DNA of 64,000 nucleotides from a bacterium (lineage in GTDB: Bacteria > Patescibacteriota > Minisyncoccia > JAHIHE01), in contig JAUYBG010000011.1 in NCBI GenBank assembly GCA_030693205.1, positions 56,793-120,792 on the forward strand. Reading direction: 5' to 3'. The notes under the pieces were generated by a model that worked only from the letters and a program-made list of their open reading frames with translations, made no database searches and was not told the origin of the DNA. Shown here piece by piece: positions 26,437-36,332 of the stretch. Every line of letters begins with the position of its first letter. The first letter of the stretch is position 1. A program made the position numbers and the translations under genes.

Positions 26437-29181
26437 TTAAATTTCTTCCGTCTCTCCCCAGTTCTCTCCCTGATAAGCGCTGACTTTTATCGGCACTTTC
26501 AGCATATAAATATTTTCCATTATTTTTTTAATCTCTTCGGCATAGACATTGATCTTTTCTTTCTTCGCTTCAAAAACCAATTCGTCATGCACCTGAAGCA
26601 CCAGATTGATATCCGGATCGCTTCCGTATTTTTTATCAACCGCGATCATCGCGAGCTTGATGATATCCGCGGCTGTTCCCTGGATCGGCATATTGATCGC
26701 CATCCGCTCAGCCGCGGAACGCACTTGAAAGTTGGGCGAACGCAGCTCCGGAAGCCAGCGCCGCCGCCCAAAAACAGTTTCGGCATAGCCTTTTTGCTTG
26801 GCCTTTTCGATCAATTCGGCGCGAAAGCGGTCAATGCCGGCGAATTTCGCCAAATATTTTTCAATGAATTGCTTGGCCTCCGCCATACTAAGCCCTGTCG
26901 CCAATGAAAATCCATGAGCGCTCATTCCGTAAATTATGCCGAAATTAAGCGCTTTAGCTTCACTTCGCATTTTTGCCGTCACTTGGTCAACAGGAATTTC
27001 ATAAACTTCAGCGGAAGTCTGAGTGTGAATATCGCCGCCATCCAAAAAAACATTGATCATTTTCTCGTCATTCGCCATCGAAGCGATGATCCTTAGTTCG
27101 ATCTGAGAATAATCAAAACTCATAAGCTGCCAACTCTTATGTCTGGCAACAAAAGACATCCTGATCTCGTTGCCAATATCGGTCTTGATCGGAATATTTT
27201 GTAAATTAGGATCGGAGGAAGAAAGCCGCCCGGTCGAAGTCAGCGCCTGATTAAAAGTGGTATGAACCGAACCGGTATTGGGATTAATAAGTTTAGGAAG
27301 CGCGTCGGTATAAGTTGATTTTATCTTGGCCAGTTCCCGATATTGAATTATCGGACCAACGATCGGATGCAGCGGTTTTATCAGATCCAAAGTATCGGCA
27401 GCGGTGGAATAATTTGTTTTTGTCCTTTTAACGCCTTCCGCGGGTATGCCGAGTTTTTCAAAAATAATGCGTGAAAGTTCTCTGGTAGAATTTACATTAA
27501 ACGTTTCTCCCGCCAAAGAAAAAATCGTTTCTTTTATTTTATCGATCTTCTCGCCGATCTTAAACGACAAATTTTCAAGGCGCTCAACATCGAGCTTGAC
27601 TCCGGTCATTTCCATCTTGCTTAAAACCGGCACCAGCGGCAACTCTATTTCGCGCGCCAGCGAGATCAAGTTTTTTCTTTCCAGATCTTTGATCAAAACT
27701 TCCGATAGTTCCCCTATCAAAGCCGCACGCGAAGCAACGCTTTCAGCCCCATTGGCCGCCAAGTTTTCCCTGCCAAGATGCTCAAAAGCCATTTTTTCCA
27801 CGCTATAATCCCGCTTGCCGGAAGTAAGAAGATAGGCACCGATCATTATATCAAAATCTTCCGGCGCGATATTCATTTTTACGCCCAGAGCGGCGAAAAC
27901 TTTAATGCTCGTTTTTAGATCATAACCGCTTTTGACAATTCCCATGTCTTCAAAAATATTTTTTAATGCTGCTAAAAAATCTCCTTTGATATTTTCCGTC
28001 TTGATCTCCCAAGCCTCCTCACCCAAAGCCAAACCCAAAGTTTTTAAACGATATTCATATTCTTTGAATTCATACTCGATCGCGAAAGAAAACTTTTTTT
28101 GTTTTTTAATCTTTTCTTCAGCTGTTTTCATCTCAATAGAATTTTCTACCGCTTTAATATTTATTTTTTGTCCACTAAGCGGCGGATTAATCATTTCTTT
28201 TTCTTCATTCAGCGCGGTATTTCCGCTTGCACTCGCTGTTTCACCTGACCCAAAAACAGTTACTTGCCCATTGCCGTTCAATCGATTTATCAAACTGAAA
28301 AAGTTCAATTCTTGAAAAAGTTTTACGATCTTCGGCCGATCGACCGGGCGCACCCGGCTTTCTTCCAAATTAAAATCCAACGGCACATCCAGCCGGATAG
28401 TGCCTAGATGTTTGCTGAAATACGCTTGCTTTTTGAATTCCGCGAGTTTCGCGGCAAGCTTGGGCTTGATCCTGATATCAAACACATCTTTATCTTTTTT
28501 TTCTTCCAAATTTTTATAAATTCCATCGATACTGCCAAATTCTTTCAGTAAGACGCCGGCTGTTTTTTCGCCAATTCCCGGCACGCCAGGAATATTATCC
28601 GAAGGATCGCCCCGCAAACCCTTATAATCCACCATTTGGCTGGGTTCAAGCCCGTATCTTTTTTGTATCGCCTTTTTATCATAGGTCACCGTATCACTGA
28701 TGCCTTTTTTAAAAGTATAAATCACGACATTATCGTTTACCAGCTGCAGCGTATCAAGATCGCCGGTCAATATAATAATTTCGTAAGGCGTATCCAAAAA
28801 TATTTTTGGCGCTTCCACTGCCAGCGTGCCGATAATATCATCCGCCTCAAACCCTTCCTTCTCATAAACCGGAATGCCGAAAGCCGAAATAATTTCCTTG
28901 ATCACGGGAATTTGAGTATAAAATTCTTCCGGTGCTTTAGCTCGATGCGCTTTGTAATCTTCAAATTCATTGTGCCGAAAAGTGGGCGCCGCCATATCAA
29001 AAGTGCAAACAATATAATCCGGAGAAAACTCTTTCATAATTTTAAGCAGCAGCGCGGTAAAGCCATAAACAGCATTAACCACCTGGCCTTTTTTATCGGT
29101 AAGGGGCGGAATTGCGTGATAAGCGCGATGCATAAGGGCGTTGCTGTCCACAAGAACTAGTTTTTTCTTTGTTTCAGCCAT
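26437..29181 (-). CDS. polA: DNA polymerase I (5'-3' exonuclease, 3'-5' exonuclease-like and polymerase domains)
   Basis: N-terminus LVLVDSNALMHRAYHA (FEN domain). Polymerase motif A/B region (..SFDYSQIELR.., RSEAKALNFGIIYG) and motif C (VHDELVFE). Confidence 0.97.
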   Translation of the reverse strand: MAETKKKLVLVDSNALMHRAYHAIPPLTDKKGQVVNAVYGFTALLLKIMKEFSPDYIVCTFDMAAPTFRHNEFEDYKAHRAKAPEEFYTQIPVIKEIISAFGIPVYEKEGFEADDIIGTLAVEAPKIFLDTPYEIIILTGDLDTLQLVNDNVVIYTFKKGISDTVTYDKKAIQKRYGLEPSQMVDYKGLRGDPSDNIPGVPGIGEKTAGVLLKEFGSIDGIYKNLEEKKDKDVFDIRIKPKLAAKLAEFKKQAYFSKHLGTIRLDVPLDFNLEESRVRPVDRPKIVKLFQELNFFSLINRLNGNGQVTVFGSGETASASGNTALNEEKEMINPPLSGQKINIKAVENSIEMKTAEEKIKKQKKFSFAIEYEFKEYEYRLKTLGLALGEEAWEIKTENIKGDFLAALKNIFEDMGIVKSGYDLKTSIKVFAALGVKMNIAPEDFDIMIGAYLLTSGKRDYSVEKMAFEHLGRENLAANGAESVASRAALIGELSEVLIKDLERKNLISLAREIELPLVPVLSKMEMTGVKLDVERLENLSFKIGEKIDKIKETIFSLAGETFNVNSTRELSRIIFEKLGIPAEGVKRTKTNYSTAADTLDLIKPLHPIVGPIIQYRELAKIKSTYTDALPKLINPNTGSVHTTFNQALTSTGRLSSSDPNLQNIPIKTDIGNEIRMSFVARHKSWQLMSFDYSQIELRIIASMANDEKMINVFLDGGDIHTQTSAEVYEIPVDQVTAKMRSEAKALNFGIIYGMSAHGFSLATGLSMAEAKQFIEKYLAKFAGIDRFRAELIEKAKQKGYAETVFGRRRWLPELRSPNFQVRSAAERMAINMPIQGTAADIIKLAMIAVDKKYGSDPDINLVLQVHDELVFEAKKEKINVYAEEIKKIMENIYMLKVPIKVSAYQGENWGETEEI

Positions 29182-29228
29182 AAATTATAGTTTTTAACTT
29201 AATAACTTTCAGCTTTATAACTGCTTTC

Positions 29229-29257
29229 ATTATAGCTTTTTTTAGTATTTCAAGCAA
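29229..29257 (-). promoter_or_regulatory. polA promoter (TTGCTT-N17-TATAAT) followed by a ~45-nt AT-rich leader with AAAGTT repeats ending AAGTTAAAAACTATAATTT-ATG; paralogous copy at 37291-37319
   Basis: The same architecture (-35, N17, TATAAT, AAAGTT-repeat leader, identical last 19 nt before ATG) occurs upstream of the gene at 36333-37229. Confidence 0.55.
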
Positions 29258-29287
29258 AAAAAATCCGAAGTCTTAAGAAAACTCCGG
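29255..29287 (-). terminator. rho-independent terminator after the giant surface-protein gene (CCGGAGT-N9-ACTTCGG plus T8, one G-U pair)
   Basis: Reverse complement gaccggagttttcttaagacttcggatttttttt. Confidence 0.6.
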
Positions 29288-29350
29288 TCGCTTTTAATAT
29301 TTTAATTTAACTTGATTTAATTCGATTCATTCTTTGTTCTTTGTTTCCTC

Positions 29351-32300
29351 CTATTTTTTTAATCCTATTGTCGCGTACCTTGATGTTCCGTCATCCAGTT
29401 CAATCCTTATCTGCCAGGTTCCTATTGTTAAGGGCTTAGTTGCCAGATTGAAAATATACTGGTTTGCTATGCTGTCATACCTGAACAGATTGCCTGTCGT
29501 CGAATTGCTGGTGGAAGTACCGTTTATTTCTGTGCCAATGATTCCGTTCGTGATGTTTGTCAGATAAATTCTGGCAATAGCAGTAGAAATATTATTTCCA
29601 CCTGCATTCCACAATTGGAATTTTATCGGTATCGTGCTTCCGAGTTTGAAACTGCTTCCGTTTGCATTAATAGGCGGTAATAATCCGCTGTAGTTATAGA
29701 CAACATTGTATGTCAGATTTTTCGTTCCCTGATTTCCGGCATTGTCTGTGGCATTTACACTGAAGTTTTTTGTTCCGATCGTTGCCGTATCGATAGGTGT
29801 TCCATTTAGAACTGTCGCAGTCGCTGATGCAATTCCTGATATCAGATCATTGGCTGCCCAAATGGCAATTACTGATTGATTCAAGACATAGCTTCCGTTG
29901 ACCGGTGTAGCTACGGTTATTTCTGGTGCAGTTTTGTCGATTTTGACGGTTTGGTTTTTGATTGGCTCAGTATTGCCTGCATTATCTACGGATCTGTAAT
30001 AGATCATGGCTATACCTTCACTGCTCATATTAAATGCGGTGGTAAAGATATTCCATGTTATATTGTCAAAGCTGTATTCAGTGGTATTAACACCTGTACC
30101 GCCTTCGTTGTCTGTCGCTGTGAAATTTACTTGAACATCAGAGGTAAACCAGCTGTTATTGCCGAGGGTTCCGGAAAGTACAAGCGTAGTATTTGGTGCG
30201 ATCGAATCAGGAACTTCGATTCTCACAAGTCCTACATTCAGATCAAATACCGGTGGAGGAATATTCACTACAATACTGTCTGCGGAATAATATCCTGCAG
30301 CTTCAACATGTATGCGGTAGATTCCTTCCAAGACATCCCACTGGTATTGACCGTCCGCATTAGTTATTAGCGGATTCTCATTGGGTTGCATTCTTGCCGG
30401 AATTTCTGCTATTGAAACATTGTTCCAACCGCCAAATCCATCAGGTTGCTGTAACCAGACACTGGCTCCGGAAATACGAGCTCCTGTGGCCGCATCATAG
30501 ACGAATCCGGCAGGATCGATGTAGATATTGAAGTTCACCGATGCTTTTTCACATCCTGTGACAGTATAGGTTACAGTTGCGCTTCCGTGATTAGGCGCGA
30601 ATTTCGGAACAGTATAGCTCCACTTATTGTCTTCGGTCTCAGTCATTGCGCCTGATATATCAGACCCGCCTTCATTCATATGGATATTGATAGCCACGCT
30701 TTCGGCGCAAGAACTATAATAGTTGAATGTTATCGGATCTTGCCAGAAGACTGAAGTTTCGCCTCCAATATTGTTTCTAGTGTTGTCTACGGTGACGCTT
30801 TCGGGAAGATTCGATTTCACGACTTGAGTTACGGCTTTGGTCTCGAAACTTTGATCTCCATATTTGATTGTGGCAGTATTTTCGATCACGGTGGTTCCAG
30901 CCATCACCTTGTCAGGATTTATTCTGACAGTAACAGTTTTTGAACCAAGCCCTTGAGGGAAAGCTGCGACTGAGTCTATGTTCCAAGAAATAACTTTTTC
31001 GGCATTGGGTACTTTACCACCAGATGCGGAAACGAAATCCACTTCGATCGGAAGCTTATCTTCCAGAACTGCTTGTGAATCGTAGGCTCCGCCGAAATTT
31101 TGGTAGTACAGCGTATAAGTCATTTCACTTCCTGGGGACATAGCCGCAGGCGCTTTTTTGGAAACCTTAAGAATGGCAAGCTGCTCTTTTGGCACAGAAA
31201 CATACAGCGCATCCAAAGGAATTGGTACGAAAGCACTTTTTCCCGGAGCTTTCCATTCCAGTTTAAGAACCGCTTCGCCGCCATAGCTTTCAAAATACTT
31301 CACCAGGATGCTATGGTATCCTTTTTCAAGTTCCAAATCCTGCTCTAGTCCACGCGGCGAGTGATCTCCGCCATTATTGATAAGCATTGCTCCATCTATA
31401 TATAGCCATGAACCATCATCGGATGTGAGCCTAAATCGATATGTTCCCGGTTCGTCAATTTTTATATAGCCTTTCCAGTCTCCGCTCCACCAGCCATCGT
31501 TGATGATTTCGACAGGTCGTTGACTGGGATTAATATGCCAGGCGAAGTTCAGATTCGGATCGATTCTTAATGCATCGGGTTTTGCGACCGTTTCAAGATT
31601 GTTTCTATAGATTGGTTCGTTGTAATACGAGGCCTGTAAGCCGTGTATCCTTTCAAACCGTACTGTATCGATATTGAATCCGACAGGAACATCATTTATT
31701 TTTACATATGGCTCTTGAGCTTTTGTGAGATAATATGTTCCCAAATTCACAGTTCGCCAGTTACCCGTATTTTCTTGTTTTACAGTTACCTTGCCTATCT
31801 CTACATCGCCTTTATTGTATATGACATATTCTACATCATCTCCTACATTATTATCGTAGAAAACTGCATTGATGTCATAGTATCCGTCACCGTCGGTTAT
31901 GAGGGATGGTATCCACTTCGCCCAATGTCCAGATTCTATAGTGTAATTCCAGTTTCCCAATGCGCCATAGTATGTTTTCCAGATATATTCTTTAGTAGTC
32001 TCACTTATTTTACCAATATCATCCAGTTGAACTTTATTGGTATCAACTACAACTGTATATTTTCTTTGGAAATCGCTTAACTCTGGGTTAAAGGTTATCA
32101 TATTTCTTTTGCCATTAATCCAGCTATAAAGTGTGGCATATGATACCTCACCATTATTTGGGTCAGGAAAATCTGGATCCCAAACCCTCCAATTTGGATA
32201 TGGGTCGTTGATATAGAATTTGTCATCTGAAGTACCAGGCTTATCGCCTTCATCATAACCTCTCAAAACGATAAAATGCCCTGTTGTATATGCATGGCTG

Positions 32301-32881
32301 ACACTCAATATCAAAGGCCTTTTCTTAATTTCTTTTATTATATCCGCCATTGTAGCTTCACCTTTAAAGAAACCAGAACTTTCTCCGCCCCATATTTGAT
32401 TTAAATATCGGGATCCATACTCTGAACCACGCATCCCAGAAAACTGTTCTGACTCAGGTATATAATTTTCGGCATAATATTTTCTATAATCTGCCTCGAC
32501 ATCCTTCAAGCCTTGGTTATTATTTGCAAAGCTAACAAGCTTGAAGCCTATAGCAGGTCCTTTTATGTGAGTAGTTGGCTCTTCGTAATATGTGAATCCC
32601 TGTAAACCAGAGCCATACACTTCTTTCAGTCCAACTAAACTACTGGGGTCGCTTTTGGGATAATAATAATTCAATATCATGGCAATTGACGTTGGGCCAC
32701 AAGCTGATTCTCCAATTTTGGTGTCAGTGAGCTGATTAATGTACGGAACGGCATAATCATATTTTGTTGCACTTGCTGTCATCGCAACACTACTGACTAT
32801 TAATCCCACAACTAATGCCACTTGGCAAATTCGTATTCCGAATTTAACAAGTAAATCTATTGCCTTTACTTTCTTGTTCAT
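29351..32881 (-). CDS. giant secreted surface protein with C39-like papain-fold peptidase domain, PA14 domain, CarboxypepD_reg-like and Ig/CARDB-like domains
   Basis: Signal anchor; ESACGPTSIAMILNYYYPK (C39_2-like Cys motif); PA14 signature (GTYRFRLTSDDGSWLYIDGAMLINNGGDHSP...YFESYGGEAVLKLEW); NADGQYQWDVLEGIYRIHVEAAGY (CarboxypepD_reg-like). Confidence 0.8.
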   Translation of the reverse strand: MNKKVKAIDLLVKFGIRICQVALVVGLIVSSVAMTASATKYDYAVPYINQLTDTKIGESACGPTSIAMILNYYYPKSDPSSLVGLKEVYGSGLQGFTYYEEPTTHIKGPAIGFKLVSFANNNQGLKDVEADYRKYYAENYIPESEQFSGMRGSEYGSRYLNQIWGGESSGFFKGEATMADIIKEIKKRPLILSVSHAYTTGHFIVLRGYDEGDKPGTSDDKFYINDPYPNWRVWDPDFPDPNNGEVSYATLYSWINGKRNMITFNPELSDFQRKYTVVVDTNKVQLDDIGKISETTKEYIWKTYYGALGNWNYTIESGHWAKWIPSLITDGDGYYDINAVFYDNNVGDDVEYVIYNKGDVEIGKVTVKQENTGNWRTVNLGTYYLTKAQEPYVKINDVPVGFNIDTVRFERIHGLQASYYNEPIYRNNLETVAKPDALRIDPNLNFAWHINPSQRPVEIINDGWWSGDWKGYIKIDEPGTYRFRLTSDDGSWLYIDGAMLINNGGDHSPRGLEQDLELEKGYHSILVKYFESYGGEAVLKLEWKAPGKSAFVPIPLDALYVSVPKEQLAILKVSKKAPAAMSPGSEMTYTLYYQNFGGAYDSQAVLEDKLPIEVDFVSASGGKVPNAEKVISWNIDSVAAFPQGLGSKTVTVRINPDKVMAGTTVIENTATIKYGDQSFETKAVTQVVKSNLPESVTVDNTRNNIGGETSVFWQDPITFNYYSSCAESVAINIHMNEGGSDISGAMTETEDNKWSYTVPKFAPNHGSATVTYTVTGCEKASVNFNIYIDPAGFVYDAATGARISGASVWLQQPDGFGGWNNVSIAEIPARMQPNENPLITNADGQYQWDVLEGIYRIHVEAAGYYSADSIVVNIPPPVFDLNVGLVRIEVPDSIAPNTTLVLSGTLGNNSWFTSDVQVNFTATDNEGGTGVNTTEYSFDNITWNIFTTAFNMSSEGIAMIYYRSVDNAGNTEPIKNQTVKIDKTAPEITVATPVNGSYVLNQSVIAIWAANDLISGIASATATVLNGTPIDTATIGTKNFSVNATDNAGNQGTKNLTYNVVYNYSGLLPPINANGSSFKLGSTIPIKFQLWNAGGNNISTAIARIYLTNITNGIIGTEINGTSTSNSTTGNLFRYDSIANQYIFNLATKPLTIGTWQIRIELDDGTSRYATIGLKK

Positions 32882-33111
32882 TTTCTATCACCTGTTTCTA
32901 TTTTTATTCTTTTGTCTATACATAGAAATCTACCAGATTCCCCGTTTTTTAACCCTATGTTGTAAAAGAACATTTCGCTCCTTTATTATCACTTTTTATT
33001 AAAGTGAACCTCTGTAGAATAGTATGTTTTGGCTAATTTGTCAATATTTATACTGCGAGCTTTCAAGCTTACAGCAGTAAGGCAAAAAATACTAATAAAA
33101 AATATATTAAT

Positions 33112-33145
33112 CAAAAATAATCGCCCAGACAAGCGATTATTTTTG
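33112..33145. terminator. palindromic terminator AATCGC-N8-GCGATT plus ATTTTTG after gene 33193-34434
   Basis: Followed within ~80 bp by a TTGACA-N17-TATTCT promoter-like element (minus strand) for the giant gene. Confidence 0.55.
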
Positions 33146-33192
33146 AAACTCTGTTAGACAAAATGTAATTATTTTTTTTATAAGCTAAATTA

Positions 33193-34434
33193 TTATTCCT
33201 TAAGACTGGTATACAAACATTGTCCATGTTCATGGGCTTTATCGCAAATATATTTTCCCAAATCAACATTATTACAATACAAATTACTATCTTTAGTATA
33301 GACAACATTATCTTCAATAAGAGTTGCGAAAAATACGGTTGCCGAAGCCCCCAAGTTATTCCCATTAAAAATTAAACTATAGCTACCACCTTCTTCGCCT
33401 TTATAAAGAATATTTTTACCGTCAATTCTAGACCCCTCCCCTTTTCCTATGTAAATACCATCAAAATATATATCATTACCATTTACCCAAGCTATGTGGC
33501 CATTTTTCATTTGAGCATTTCCACCCTCACCCAGATCTTTTTCATTTAAAAAAACATATTGACCTCCATCAACGCCTGTTACTATTTTTTCAAACAAAAC
33601 ATTTTCGCCTTCAACATTACGTATCAAACCACTAATCTTTTTAATCTCCTTACCGTTATACCAAATACTATTATTATTTCGTTGTGAAAAAAACACGCCG
33701 CCGTCATACATATGAAGAGACCCTGAACCCCAAATTTCTCCCAAATCTTTTCCATTATAAACTACTTTTGAATTTACGATATACGCAATATCGTTTCCTT
33801 TGACTTGTGGAATCTCACCTTCTCCTAAATCTTTGCCATCATAAATTATATGTCCCCCTCTCACGAAAGCTAAATGTCCATTATCTAATTTAGGACCTTC
33901 ACCAACCCCAATATTTTCGCCATTATAAATTATATATGGCTGCCAAGACTTATTTTCATCATATCCATATCTGATAAAAGCAATATTATTTCCATCAATT
34001 ACCACACTACCACCTTGCCTGTAATTTTTTCCATCATAGATTATATTTTTATTTTTATCCCAATATAACGGCTTATTCCCAGATAGATTATATACTAGTC
34101 CTTCTCCCAAGTCTTTATTATTAAAAATAACATGTGTTTTACCCTGTACAGACCTTTCGTATAAAACATTTAAAGGACATTCATTTTTTATCTCTTTGTT
34201 TAATTCCGATGCACTTTTTATTAAAGATAACGGTGAAGCTATTGTCGGCTCAGGCGTTAATGTTACAATCGGCTCTTCCGTCGGTTTTACAGCAACTGGC
34301 GAAGATTTTTCAACAGAAGATAAAAAAGCTGTTACGGCTAATGCCGCAACAATGGTAAACAGAATAACAGAGATTAAAATTAAAATTGACTTTGGTGATG
34401 ATAATTTATTTTCAGCCATATTATTTTTAAACAA
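33193..34434 (-). CDS. signal-anchored protein with ~10 tandem ~28-aa repeats (..YDGKDLGEG....G..IA[YF][IV]..), beta-propeller-like
   Basis: The repeat periodicity is visible in the translation. N-terminus MFKNNMAENKLSSPKSILILIS is paralogous to 34552-35304. Confidence 0.65.
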   Translation of the reverse strand: MFKNNMAENKLSSPKSILILISVILFTIVAALAVTAFLSSVEKSSPVAVKPTEEPIVTLTPEPTIASPLSLIKSASELNKEIKNECPLNVLYERSVQGKTHVIFNNKDLGEGLVYNLSGNKPLYWDKNKNIIYDGKNYRQGGSVVIDGNNIAFIRYGYDENKSWQPYIIYNGENIGVGEGPKLDNGHLAFVRGGHIIYDGKDLGEGEIPQVKGNDIAYIVNSKVVYNGKDLGEIWGSGSLHMYDGGVFFSQRNNNSIWYNGKEIKKISGLIRNVEGENVLFEKIVTGVDGGQYVFLNEKDLGEGGNAQMKNGHIAWVNGNDIYFDGIYIGKGEGSRIDGKNILYKGEEGGSYSLIFNGNNLGASATVFFATLIEDNVVYTKDSNLYCNNVDLGKYICDKAHEHGQCLYTSLKE

Positions 34435-34551
34435 TTATAAATTCGTAATAACACAGGAGGATTAAAATATCAATATTAAAAGCTGAAACTATTAATTAAC
34501 AGGCAACTCCATAATTTTCAGAAGTTACGGAAACCTACATTCCTGCGCCTT

Positions 34552-35304
34552 CTACTTCAATAAAATATTTTTGTAAATATTAACTATATCCGTCACGTCT
34601 TTAGGTGTTTTTTCTACATACACTCCATTTGCAAACGACCAATAGCTTATTTGGGCTTTTATAATATCACCATTTTCTAGCAAATAGGCAAATTGGTATC
34701 TCAAACAAGACTCTCCGCCAGTGCTTGGACACATAAACGATACTGGAGTATGAACCATTTGCACTTGTTGATTATACTTTGTTCTTATCAATTTTGCGTT
34801 TATGGCTTTTTCATACCAGCTAAGAATTTCATTACTATCGATGTAACTGTTAATATCGCTTTCGTTTTCCTTGTCTTTCCAAATTGTTAATATGGTAAAA
34901 CAATTTGGCTTTAAAGTCGGATCATCGTTATCATTCTCTGGCTCGCATGGTTTGATTCCAATTACATTTTTAGGATTTTTATCACGAAGACTTTCAATAT
35001 GCTGTGTATCAAATTTAATATAATTCTTAGGTAATTCGGATAACAAATTATTTATAAATACATTATCCAGTTCATTTAAGATTAAATTTTCTGGTTTTGG
35101 CTCAATCGAACTTATTATTGGAGTTGGCGATGGAGTTGGTGTCGGCGTCACTGTCGGCTGCACAGCAATAGTCGGAGTATTTTTAATGGAAGATAAATAA
35201 CTAACCACACTCAATGACGCAATAAGAACAAATAAAATAATGACAAAAATTAAAATTGATTTTGGGGATGATTGTTTATTTTCAGCCATATTTTCTTTTA
35301 ACAA
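34552..35304 (-). CDS. signal-anchored secreted protein, paralog (N-terminus) of 33193-34434, with Pro/Thr linker
   Basis: MLKENMAENKQSSPKSILIFVIILFVLIAS plus a TPTPTPSPTP linker. The upstream non-coding DNA is also shared with its paralog. Confidence 0.6.
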   Translation of the reverse strand: MLKENMAENKQSSPKSILIFVIILFVLIASLSVVSYLSSIKNTPTIAVQPTVTPTPTPSPTPIISSIEPKPENLILNELDNVFINNLLSELPKNYIKFDTQHIESLRDKNPKNVIGIKPCEPENDNDDPTLKPNCFTILTIWKDKENESDINSYIDSNEILSWYEKAINAKLIRTKYNQQVQMVHTPVSFMCPSTGGESCLRYQFAYLLENGDIIKAQISYWSFANGVYVEKTPKDVTDIVNIYKNILLK

Positions 35305-35403
35305 TTATAAATTTATAATAGCATGCTGGACGAGATTTAGCAACAAATAGATCTAAAACAAAAAAACGACCTTTTGCTGGTTGTTTTTTTGTTTACATAG
35401 TAA

Positions 35404-36291
35404 TTACAGCCCAATCATCCATTTCACAATATTCTCGTGTTCGGACGCAGGATATTCGTGCCTCGTATCCGGCAAAATCTTAAATTCCATTTTCGCGCCA
35501 TACTGCAAAAGTATTTTTTCTTGTTTTATCACCGCTTCCGTTTCTGCGTCACTGGCTCCATGCACCACATAAAAATTAACATCTTTGGCTTTGCTTAATT
35601 TATCAATGATCCCCGCCTCCAGCGGCAAATAGCCGTCAATCGGAATAACTCCTCGGAACTTTATGCCGCTATCCAGCGCAACGATATAAGCAGCTGACGA
35701 GCCGGCCGAATACCCCGTAAGAAATATTTTATTTTCATCTATTTTATATTTTTTCCGAACATTAGCCAGCGCGGCTTTGGCAAAATCGCTTATTTCAAGC
35801 CACGGATAAGACTCAACTGTAGCACCGCTGGGATATGTCTTGGAATAAGCTTGCAGCGCGATCACCAAAAAACCATTTTTATCGGCATCGGACTGCCAAA
35901 ATCTGATATAATCTTTTGCCTTGTCGCCAAAACCATGCAACCCGATTACCAAAGAATGTTCTCTGTTCAAGTCGATATCAGCCGGCGCGTAAAAAGAATA
36001 TTTCCAATTTTTATTCGACAAAGAAACTTCTTCTTTAAATACCGCCGGACCGGACAACGCGGAATTTATTGAAACTGGAGTTGTTGACTCGTAGGGAAGA
36101 ATTCTGGAAATATAACTGCGTTGTTCAATTCCCTCACTTTTATTTTTCTGGCTTTCCGCGTTGCTTGAATTTCCTTCCAAAAAATTATCTCCTTTTACAA
36201 ACATCGAAGCTCCACTCAGCAATACAACCAACGAACCGACTAAAATAAACAGCGATAATCCAATAATTATTTTTTTCCTGCCGATTTCCAT
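35404..36291 (-). CDS. secreted alpha/beta-hydrolase (esterase/PHB-depolymerase-type)
   Basis: N-terminal TM/signal. HGFGD oxyanion region, the GYSAGSS nucleophile elbow (GxSxG), and downstream Asp/His. Confidence 0.75.
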   Translation of the reverse strand: MEIGRKKIIIGLSLFILVGSLVVLLSGASMFVKGDNFLEGNSSNAESQKNKSEGIEQRSYISRILPYESTTPVSINSALSGPAVFKEEVSLSNKNWKYSFYAPADIDLNREHSLVIGLHGFGDKAKDYIRFWQSDADKNGFLVIALQAYSKTYPSGATVESYPWLEISDFAKAALANVRKKYKIDENKIFLTGYSAGSSAAYIVALDSGIKFRGVIPIDGYLPLEAGIIDKLSKAKDVNFYVVHGASDAETEAVIKQEKILLQYGAKMEFKILPDTRHEYPASEHENIVKWMIGL

Positions 36292-36332
36292 TTTTTTCTT
36301 TTTCTTAATTTTCTATTTCTTAAAAACATAAA

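Noticed and set aside
29182-29200. TATAAT located 2 nt before the polA ATG (and the same before the gene at 37229) as the -10 of a leaderless promoter
   Set aside because: Spacing would put the transcription start inside the coding sequence, and the polA N-terminus is conserved from this ATG. A properly spaced TTGCTT-N17-TATAAT lies ~45 nt further upstream. The ATG-proximal TATAAT is more likely part of a conserved AT-rich leader.
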